The notes beneath the pieces are model-generated. The model searched no databases, was not told where the DNA came from, and saw only the letters and a list, made by a program, of their open reading frames with translations. The translations under genes were made by a program, and so were the position numbers. From Candidatus Saccharimonadota bacterium (lineage in GTDB: Bacteria; Patescibacteriota; Saccharimonadia; Saccharimonadales; Saccharimonadaceae), in contig JAFWLT010000006.1 in NCBI GenBank assembly GCA_017510925.1, positions 98,599 to 162,598 of the forward strand: DNA of 64,000 nt, given 5' to 3'. Of the stretch, positions 16,724 through 24,584 are shown one piece after another (the stretch's first letter is position 1; every line of letters starts with the position of its first letter).

Positions 16724-17734
16724 ATGGGAAGCAATGCGAATTTCCACAAGGCTAGCATAGTAAAAAACGATGAATTCTATACTAGGCTTGTCGATATTGA
16801 AGATGAATTAAAATATTATAAAGAGCATTTCAAAAATAAAGTAATATTTTGTAATTGTGATGACCCATATGAAAGCAACTTTTTTAAATACTTTGCAATG
16901 AATTTTAATCGCTTAGAATTAAAAAAAATAATTTGTACTAGTTATACTGGTTCACCAATTGTTGGCGAAGAATTTAGCGACTTACCACTCTTTAAAAACC
17001 TAAATAAGAGAAAAGCCTATAAGGTAGAAATAACCGAAGTCTATGATGAAAATGGCGATGGAGCCGTGGATTTATATGATATTAAACTCCTAATTAAAAA
17101 TATGAAAAATAAGATGGAACCACTACAAGGAGATGGCGACTTTCGTAGCAAAGAGTGCGTCGAGTTGTTAAAGGAAGCGGATATTGTAGTTACTAATCCA
17201 CCATTTTCGATCGCGAGAGAATATTTTATACCGTTGTTGATAAAATATAACAAAAAGTTTCTTATAATCGGAGATTTAAATTGGGTAACATATAAAAACT
17301 TTTTCCCGTTAATAAAAGACAACAAAATATGGTTTGGTCACAATTGTGTGAAAGAATTTATTCAACCGAATAAAAGTAATAAAAAATTTGGCAATAAACT
17401 TTGGTATACGAATCTTGATATTCCCAAAAGGCACGAAAAAATAACGCCATATAAAGAGTACACCCCAGAAGAATATCCAAAATATGACAATTATGACGCT
17501 ATAAACGTAGACAAGATTGCTGAGATTCCAGATAGATATTATAAACCAATGGGGGTACCTATTACTTTTCTTAACAAATACAACCCAGATCAGTTTGATA
17601 TACTTGGGATCGATAGATATATTAATGATAACCCGAATTACGGCCGCAGGTTTAAAATCGATGGTAAGGAAATATATGCAAGAATAATAATTAAACGAAA
17701 GGATCAAAATGAAAATCGAACTCCACAAAATTAA
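16724..17734 (+). CDS. N6-adenine DNA methyltransferase, EcoRI-methylase-like family
   Basis: N-terminal DEFYT motif and catalytic VVTNPPFS (NPPF). Visibly more AT-rich than its neighbours. The start is taken at ATG 16724; the track TTG at 16691 lies just upstream of the 16699-16722 hairpin. Confidence 0.75.
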   Translation: MGSNANFHKASIVKNDEFYTRLVDIEDELKYYKEHFKNKVIFCNCDDPYESNFFKYFAMNFNRLELKKIICTSYTGSPIVGEEFSDLPLFKNLNKRKAYKVEITEVYDENGDGAVDLYDIKLLIKNMKNKMEPLQGDGDFRSKECVELLKEADIVVTNPPFSIAREYFIPLLIKYNKKFLIIGDLNWVTYKNFFPLIKDNKIWFGHNCVKEFIQPNKSNKKFGNKLWYTNLDIPKRHEKITPYKEYTPEEYPKYDNYDAINVDKIAEIPDRYYKPMGVPITFLNKYNPDQFDILGIDRYINDNPNYGRRFKIDGKEIYARIIIKRKDQNENRTPQN

Positions 17735-18815
17735 AGTAAAAGATGTCTTCGCTGGGTATAAGGATTCCGACGAGGAAGGGGTTATTGGTTATGGGGGGAA
17801 ATTAGACATTCGCCCGAAATATCAGCGTAACTTTGTTTATAAAGAAAAACAGCGTGACGCCGTCATAGATACAATTCGTAAAGGTTTTCCACTTAATGTA
17901 ATGTACTGGGCGAAGAAGGAAGAAAAAGAAGGCGATTTAGAGTATGAGGTTCTTGATGGCCAACAGCGTACAATATCTTTTTGTGAATATCTTCAAGGGA
18001 ACTTTTCAATCAAAGATAATGGCAATATATACTATTTTGATAGCCTAACTGCTGACGAACGTGAAAAAATTGAGAACTATGATTTGTATATCTATATTTG
18101 TGAGGGCACAGAGAGTGAGCGCCTTGAATGGTTTAAGACTATTAACATCGCTGGCGAAAAATTGACCGACCAAGAGCTTAGAAATGCAGTTTATTCTGGC
18201 CCATGGCTCACCGATGCCAAGGGATATTTCAGCAAATCCAACTGCCCAGCCTATGGTCTTGCAGATAAATATATGGGTGGTTCACCAATTAGGCAAGAGT
18301 ATCTAGAATCAGCTCTAAAATGGATTTCAAGCGACAATATAGAAGAATATATGTCCAAGCACCAGCATGACGCCAATGCCTCCGAACTTTGGCAATATTT
18401 CCAAACCGTAATTAGCTGGGTAAAGACTATTTTTCCAAAAGAGCGCAAAGAGATGAAAGGCCTAGAATGGGGCGAATTCTATAACAAATACCACAACAAT
18501 TCTTACAATGCTACGGACCTAGAAAATCAAATCAAAGCACTCATGCAAGACGAAGATGTCACTAGTAAAAAGGGAATCTACGAATACCTACTAAACGGTG
18601 ATGAAAGAAATCTTAGCATTCGCGCTTTTACCGACAACATGAAACGCGAGGCCTATGAACGTCAAAATGGCATCTGCGCAAAATGTAAAGAACATTTTGA
18701 AATCACCGAAATGGAAGCCGACCACATCACTCCATGGAGTCAAGGTGGCAAAACCATCGCCGAAAACTGCCAGATGCTCTGCCGTGATTGTAACCGTCGT
18801 AAATCCGATAGCTAA
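17709..18815 (+). CDS. DUF262 (ParB/GmrSD N-terminal-like) - HNH endonuclease fusion
   Basis: LDGQQRT motif of DUF262. C-terminal HNH: CAKCKEHF...ADHITPWSQGG...NCQMLCRDCNRRKS. SD AAGGA upstream. Overlaps the MTase gene by 26 nt. Confidence 0.8.
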   Translation: MKIELHKIKVKDVFAGYKDSDEEGVIGYGGKLDIRPKYQRNFVYKEKQRDAVIDTIRKGFPLNVMYWAKKEEKEGDLEYEVLDGQQRTISFCEYLQGNFSIKDNGNIYYFDSLTADEREKIENYDLYIYICEGTESERLEWFKTINIAGEKLTDQELRNAVYSGPWLTDAKGYFSKSNCPAYGLADKYMGGSPIRQEYLESALKWISSDNIEEYMSKHQHDANASELWQYFQTVISWVKTIFPKERKEMKGLEWGEFYNKYHNNSYNATDLENQIKALMQDEDVTSKKGIYEYLLNGDERNLSIRAFTDNMKREAYERQNGICAKCKEHFEITEMEADHITPWSQGGKTIAENCQMLCRDCNRRKSDS

Positions 18816-18859
18816 CTATTGCCAACTCCCTCGTGATATAATTTAACAAAGGAGTAAAA

Positions 18860-19758
18860 ATGTCATCAAAGGTTTATTTTACTAAAGATATTTCGCCAGA
18901 AAGTTTAGAAAAAGTTTACAAGGCCCTGAATCTAGACATTACAAACGGTGGCAAAAACAAAGTTGGAGTTAAAGTTTCTACCGGCGAAGACGGAGCCAAG
19001 GGCTACCTCAAGCCTGAGCTTATCGGTCCATTTGTAAAATCTCTAAACGGCACGATCATCGAATGTAACACTGCCTACCCAGGCGCCAGAAACACCGCTG
19101 AGGATCATATCGAAGTCGCCAAAAACACGGCTTCACTAGCTATGCTGATGTTGACATTATGGACGCCGAAGGCGAATTTGAAATCCCTGCACCAAAAAAC
19201 AGCAAGCACCTAAAATATGATCTTATCGGTGAGAATTTCAAAAACTATGATGCCATTGTTAATCTAGCCCATGGCAAAGGCCATGCCATGGGCGGCTTTG
19301 GTGCCAATCTCAAAAATCAATCCATCGGTATTGCCTCAAGAAACGGCAAAGCCTATATTCACTCTGCCGGCAAAACCAAAAGTCCTAAGCTCTGTTGGAT
19401 TTCTAAGCACAAACAAATCGATTTTATTGAATCCATGGCCGAGGCTGCCACTGCCGTTTCTGATTACTTAAAAGAAGAAAACAAACCTATTATATATATT
19501 ACAGTAGCCAATGCACTTTCTCTAGATTGTGATTGCGATTCCAAACAAGGCGACCCGGTGATGAGCGACATCGGTATTTTCGCTTCACTAGATCCAGTCG
19601 CTAACGACCAGGCATTTATCGATGCTATCTGGGCTTCAAAAGACAAAGGAGCAGAAGACTTGAAAGAACGTATTGACACTCGCGAAGGTCGTGCCATCTT
19701 ACCTTATGCCGAAGCTCTTGGCCTTGGCTCTACCAAATACGATTTGATCGAAATCTAA
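18860..19758 (+). pseudogene. DUF362/COG2768-type protein interrupted by a 1-nt frameshift
   Basis: ORFs 18860-19213 and 19159-19758 join into one protein if one extra A is added to the A5 run at 19121-19125 (...EVAKKHGFTSYADVDIMDAEGEFEIP...). Confidence 0.7.
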
Positions 19759-19782
19759 TCACCTCTGTGCTATACTATAAAT

Positions 19783-22107
19783 ATGAACCGTTTAGTTTTA
19801 ATTGACGGAAAATCGGTATTTTATCGTGGCTACTATGCCATGGGAGCTTTGAGCCTTCCAGATGGCACGCCTACTGGCGGCGTTTATGGATTTGCTGCTA
19901 TCTCTATGGAAATTGTCAAAAAGTTGAACCCTACCAAGGTAGTAGTGGCTTGGGATTCCAAGACTTCTACTTCCAAAAGAAAGGCTCTTTTCAAAGATTA
20001 CAAAGCCGGCCGTATTAAACCAGGCGAAGATTTTTACGCGCAAATTCCACTTCTAGAAGAACTTGTAAAAAATCTTGGCTGGAGTTTTGTGGAACTAAAT
20101 GATTATGAAGCCGACGACATTATTGGCACCTTATCCGAGCAAGCTGACGAAGCAGGAGACTACGAGACTTATATTATTTCATCAGATCTCGATATGCTCC
20201 AAATTGTAGATGAAAACACTCACATGTGGAGAATACTAAAAGGTTTTTCCAATATTGAACAGATCGATATTAAAGAAATAGAAGAAAAATACGGCATCAA
20301 AAAATCTCAGTTCCTGGACCTCAAATCTCTAAAAGGCGACTCCTCGGACAACATCCCGGGTGTGCCTGGCATTGGTGAAAAGACTGCCGCCAAACTTTTG
20401 AATGATTATGGAGATTTAGATGGGGTATATAATAATCTAGACAAAATCACTGGCTCTACTAAAACCAAGCTCGAAGCAGGGAGAGACTCGGCTTACCTTT
20501 CTAAAAAACTTGCCAAAATTATGTTCGACGCCCCGATCAATCTCAAGGACATCCCAGACTTCAAATTCAACAAAGACAACGTAATCGCCGGCTTAAAGAA
20601 ACTCCAATTTAACTCCTTAATCAGGAAAATAGATGATAATTTTGAAATTAAAAAAGAAACAGTAAATAATATAGATATTAAAATTGATAAAAATATAATT
20701 GTTAATAACGACATTAAATCTTTGATGCATAATGATAAGACTATTGCAGAGAAGATTGAGCAGGGCGCTAAATTCTGGGATCTTTCTCAGGCAGCCTTTT
20801 TGCTAGACCCACTCGCAAGAGAGCTTCCACCTCTGATCGATCCAGCCCAAGAATATAAAGATCAAGTAGCAAAATTCCAAAAGCTCCCAAGACTATATAA
20901 TATATACGCAGACTTCGACCTTCCTCTCATTCCTGTGCTTTACAAAATGGAAGAAAAGGGGATGCTCTTAGATCGTCAATATTTTGCTAAGCTTCGCGTA
21001 GAATACGAGGAAGAAGTAAAAAATCTTGAACAAAAAATTTATACGCTCGCCAAAAAAACTTTCAATGTAAACTCTCCAATTCAGCTGTCAGAGGTGTTAT
21101 TTACAGACTTAAGCCTACCAGTAAAGGGCGTCAAGAAGACCTCACGTGGTTACTCAACCGGTGCAAAAGAATTAGACAAACTAAAAAATGCTCATCCCGT
21201 GGTGTTAGAAATTATCAAATATCGTGAAGCTTCCAAGCTCTTAAATACCTACATCATCCCGATGCCAAACTTGGCAGACAAAGAGGATAGGATTCATACC
21301 ACCTTTACTCAAAACGTTACGTCTACTGGGAGATTAAGCAGTAAAGATCCAAATCTCCAAAATATCCCAGTCAGGACCGAAGAAGGGAAGAGAATCAGGA
21401 CTGGCTTTATTGCTGGGGAAGGTCGCACTCTAGTTTCTGCTGACTATTCTCAATTCGAATTAAGGTTAGCTGCAGTTCTAGCTGACGACAAAGAATTAAT
21501 CAAAGATTTCAACGATGGTGTCGATATCCATACCAAGACTGCATCAGAAGCCTTTAATATCCCAATAGCAGAGGTTACCAAGGCCCAACGTCGTGCAGCT
21601 AAGGCTATTAACTTCGGCATTATTTATGGTATGAGCATTAATGGCCTGGCTGAAGCCACCAAGATGAGCTATTACGATGCCAAGAATTTTATGGAGAATT
21701 ACTACAAACTTAGAAGCCCTATTATGAACTTTATGAAAAAGACTCTAGAAAAAGCCAGGACCGAAGGATTTGTTGAGACCTACTTCGGCCGTCGCCGTCC
21801 AACCCCAGATGTAAAGTCATCTAACTTCATTATTCGCCAAGCTGCTGAGCGCGCTGCTCAAAATATGCCGATCCAGGGAACAGAAGCTGATCTAATGAAG
21901 CGTGCAATGATTAATATTGATAAAAAACTGCCAAAAAACGCCAATTTGATTATGCAAGTTCACGACTCTTTGATTGTAGAATGTGACGAAAAAGACGCCG
22001 AAGAAATTGGCCAAATCTTAAAGAAAGAAATGGAGTCTGTAGCTCCAGAGCTCAAAGTTAAACTCGCAGTCGACGTCACTAGTGGCAGAAACTGGGGAGT
22101 GTTGTAA
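19783..22107 (+). CDS. polA: DNA polymerase I (5'-3' exonuclease plus polymerase; proofreading domain vestigial)
   Basis: N-terminal 5' nuclease (GYYAM...DYKAGR, GVPGIGEKTA); pol motif A DYSQFELRLAA, motif B RRAAKAINFGIIYG, motif C QVHDSLIVE. Total length is only 774 aa. Confidence 0.95.
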   Translation: MNRLVLIDGKSVFYRGYYAMGALSLPDGTPTGGVYGFAAISMEIVKKLNPTKVVVAWDSKTSTSKRKALFKDYKAGRIKPGEDFYAQIPLLEELVKNLGWSFVELNDYEADDIIGTLSEQADEAGDYETYIISSDLDMLQIVDENTHMWRILKGFSNIEQIDIKEIEEKYGIKKSQFLDLKSLKGDSSDNIPGVPGIGEKTAAKLLNDYGDLDGVYNNLDKITGSTKTKLEAGRDSAYLSKKLAKIMFDAPINLKDIPDFKFNKDNVIAGLKKLQFNSLIRKIDDNFEIKKETVNNIDIKIDKNIIVNNDIKSLMHNDKTIAEKIEQGAKFWDLSQAAFLLDPLARELPPLIDPAQEYKDQVAKFQKLPRLYNIYADFDLPLIPVLYKMEEKGMLLDRQYFAKLRVEYEEEVKNLEQKIYTLAKKTFNVNSPIQLSEVLFTDLSLPVKGVKKTSRGYSTGAKELDKLKNAHPVVLEIIKYREASKLLNTYIIPMPNLADKEDRIHTTFTQNVTSTGRLSSKDPNLQNIPVRTEEGKRIRTGFIAGEGRTLVSADYSQFELRLAAVLADDKELIKDFNDGVDIHTKTASEAFNIPIAEVTKAQRRAAKAINFGIIYGMSINGLAEATKMSYYDAKNFMENYYKLRSPIMNFMKKTLEKARTEGFVETYFGRRRPTPDVKSSNFIIRQAAERAAQNMPIQGTEADLMKRAMINIDKKLPKNANLIMQVHDSLIVECDEKDAEEIGQILKKEMESVAPELKVKLAVDVTSGRNWGVL

Positions 22108-22156
22108 AATCCACATTTAGTGTGCAAAAAGTCCTTGACACCACCATATATAGTGC
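22108..22156. promoter_or_regulatory. two NrdR-box-like palindromes
   Basis: CCACCATATATAGTGC (22141-22156) matches 13 of 16 positions of the consensus acaCwAtATaTwGtgt. AATCCACATTTAGTGT (22108-22123) matches 11 of 16. The centres are 33 bp apart and flank or overlap the -35 box and spacer. Confidence 0.45.
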
Positions 22157-22163
22157 TTATAAT
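22135..22163 (+). promoter_or_regulatory. canonical promoter of the NrdD-like mini-gene
   Basis: TTGACA (22135-22140), 17 nt, TATAAT (22158-22163). Confidence 0.65.
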
Positions 22164-22209
22164 AAATATTAGGTATACTTATAACACTAAATTTTAAGCC
22201 AAAAAGGAA

Positions 22210-22653
22210 ATGTCAATGAAAAAAATAATTTACAAAAATCCTAACGACGCTGAAAATTTCAGTCTCGCACGTTATGCTAAATCTTTAAATAAGTACGCCA
22301 AAGTTTCCGAAAAGGAAATCAAAGACGCACTTAAAGAATTTGACCAATACGAAACGATGCACGTTTCTTGTCTTGTAGAAGCCGGCATCAAATTAATTGA
22401 AAAACACGGCACCAAAAAAGCTGCCAAAGAATACTTTGAAGCTCACGCCGAATATTTTGACGAAGGCAAATTTGAGAGACTTCGCCGTATTACTGGCTAT
22501 CTCGTAGGTACTCTAGATCGCTGGAACGATGCTAAAAAAGCAGAAGAGGCAGCTCGTGTTAAACACTCTGTTAACTCTGCCGTAGACGACGCTACTCGCT
22601 TAGTGATGTTAGAAACTCAAGCGATGGACCACAACATCGCTTACGCACAATAA
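22210..22653 (+). CDS. stand-alone protein with NrdD-type glycyl-radical C-terminal motif (147 aa)
   Basis: RRITGYLVGTLDRWNDAKKAEEAARVKH fits the class III RNR C-terminal pattern R-[IV]-x-G-Y-L...[FW]N-x-[AG]K-x-x-E...RV[KR]H. No catalytic barrel and no CxxC ribbon are present. Confidence 0.6.
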   Translation: MSMKKIIYKNPNDAENFSLARYAKSLNKYAKVSEKEIKDALKEFDQYETMHVSCLVEAGIKLIEKHGTKKAAKEYFEAHAEYFDEGKFERLRRITGYLVGTLDRWNDAKKAEEAARVKHSVNSAVDDATRLVMLETQAMDHNIAYAQ

Positions 22654-22752
22654 AAAAATAAATCTTGGGGCATCAAGCAAAAATCTATGATTTTTGCGCG
22701 CAGAGGTGGAGCGAGGCGAAAGCCTCGCGTAACCCCCAAGATTTATTTTTTT
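22652..22752. repeat. 101-bp compound hairpin with perfect 19-bp terminal inverted repeats
   Basis: AAAAAAATAAATCTTGGGG (22652-22670) pairs with CCCCAAGATTTATTTTTTT (22734-22752). Inner hairpins are GCAAAAATC/GATTTTTGC (22677-22697) and GCGAGGC-GAAA-GCCTCGC (22711-22728). Confidence 0.6.
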
Positions 22753-22782
22753 GTTGTATAATAAGAGTAGTTATGCCAGAGC

Positions 22783-23615
22783 TTCCAGAAGTAGAAACTA
22801 TCAGGCGTGGGTTATCAAAATTTATTGTAAAAGACAAGATCAAAAAGACTACGATTTTGTGCGCTAAGTCTTTTCAGGGTAAGCCTGAGATAGCCAAAGT
22901 CAAAGACATCAGACGCTTTGGCAAAGCATTAATTATAGATTTAGATAACGGCAAATCTTTGATGATTCATCTCAGAATGACTGGTCAATTGATTTATGAT
23001 GGCAAAGAACGTTATGCTGCCGGCCACCCAAGCGAAAACTTTGTGGCTGAGCTCCCCAACAAGCAAACTCGTGTAATTTTTGAGCTAGAAAACGGCACAC
23101 TTTATTTTAACGATCAACGAAAATTTGGGTTTATCAAAGTTTTAGACACTACAGAAGTAGAAAACGACCCATTTATCAAAAAGTTAGCCAAAGAACCTTG
23201 GCAAATGAAAGAAGAAGAATTTTACGAAAAATTGCAAAAACATACTACTTCAATTAAAGCCACCATTCTAGATCAAACTATTATCGCAGGCCTTGGCAAT
23301 ATTTACGCTGATGAGGCTTTATTTAAAGCCAAAATTCACCCAAAGACCAAAGCCAATAAACTCACCAAAAAACAGGCAGAAGATTTACTAGAAGCAGCTA
23401 AATATGTGATGGAAAAATCTATAGAATCCGGGGGCTCAACTTTAAAAGATTATAAAAAAGCCGATGGGACCAAAGGCGACTATCTAGACAAATTTGCCCA
23501 GGTGTTTAATAGAACGAATCAAGAATGCCCACGCTGTGGTGCAAAGATAGTAAAAATTAGAGTGGCAGGAAGAGGTACTCATATTTGCCCAAACTGTCAA
23601 AAGGAGAGGGAATGA
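22783..23615 (+). CDS. mutM: formamidopyrimidine-DNA glycosylase (Fpg/MutM)
   Basis: MPELPEVE N-terminus; H2TH; C-terminal zinc finger CPRCGAKI...CPNCQ. The start is set at ATG 22783. Confidence 0.9.
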
Positions 23616-24193
23616 TCAAAATTTTTACTGGCGATGATCGCATAAGAGCAAACCAAGAAATCAAAAAACTTCTAGGTGAAAACTACGAAGTAATAGACTG
23701 TGCCGATCTCACACCAAAAGATCTTCCAAAGATTTTTAAAGGCACCACCATTTTTGATGCCCATCGCCGAATTTTGCTCAGAGATTTTACGGCGAACAAT
23801 AACATATACAAAGAACTTATGAATTATTTAGACACCCCACACGACATAATTATTTTAGAAGCCAAGCTAGACAAAAGGACTGCTACTTACAAAGAAATCA
23901 AAAACAAAATAGAAATCAAAGAGTTCAAACTTCCACCAAAAACCGATTTTAGCGCAGTATACAATATATATAACATCGCCAAAAGAGATGGAAAAAGGGC
24001 AGTAGAAGAGCTAAGAAAAATAGAGCCAGACGAAGACCCAATTAGATTTACTGGCCTCTTGATTTCTCAAGCTCTCAAAGAATTTAACCCAAGAATATTA
24101 AAAGAGCTATCTAAATTAGATATAGAATTAAAAAGCAGTAAAATCGACCCCTGGCTTTTAGTGGAGTCGTTTTTACTTAAAATCAAGAATTAA
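23612..24193 (+). CDS. DNA polymerase III delta subunit (HolA)-like, unusually short
   Basis: 194 aa with weak HolA-like pattern (start MIKIFTGDD, FDAHRRILLRDF, ELSKLDIELK). The ATGA overlaps the mutM stop. Confidence 0.45.
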   Translation: MIKIFTGDDRIRANQEIKKLLGENYEVIDCADLTPKDLPKIFKGTTIFDAHRRILLRDFTANNNIYKELMNYLDTPHDIIILEAKLDKRTATYKEIKNKIEIKEFKLPPKTDFSAVYNIYNIAKRDGKRAVEELRKIEPDEDPIRFTGLLISQALKEFNPRILKELSKLDIELKSSKIDPWLLVESFLLKIKN

Positions 24194-24444
24194 GCTAATT
24201 TAACTTTTTTGGCTTTTGCATAGGCAGAAAGCTGAGCTTTGCGACGTGAAGCAGTGTTCTTCTTAAGAAGATCTTTCTTTACAGCTTTGTCATACTCAGA
24301 TTGAGCTTTGGCAAGACTCTTGGCAGTTGGTTTAGCTTTAAAAGCTTTTACTGCAGCTTTGATGTCTTTTTTGATCTCAACGTTGTGAGCAGTGCGTTTA
24401 GTCGCCTGGCGAGCTGCTTTCTTTGCGGATTTGATAATCGGCAT
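24190..24444 (-). CDS. rpsT: 30S ribosomal protein S20
   Basis: MPIIKSAKKAARQATKRTAHN...; basic 84-aa protein. Confidence 0.95.
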   Translation of the reverse strand: MPIIKSAKKAARQATKRTAHNVEIKKDIKAAVKAFKAKPTAKSLAKAQSEYDKAVKKDLLKKNTASRRKAQLSAYAKAKKVKLA

Positions 24445-24584
24445 TAATCTATCCTTACATTAAAAATTAATAACTTCTAATTATTATACCCCAAACACCC
24501 CAAAAAGTAAAGGGGAAAATAACTCACAATATTCTTGCAATTTCAAAAAACTTATGCTAATATAATTAAAAAAGAAAGGTTAAA

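Noticed and set aside
22665-22782. N-terminal extension of mutM from TTG 22665
   Set aside because: The extension lies in the compound hairpin and promoter region, and Fpg must begin with Met-Pro-Glu-Leu-Pro (ATG 22783).
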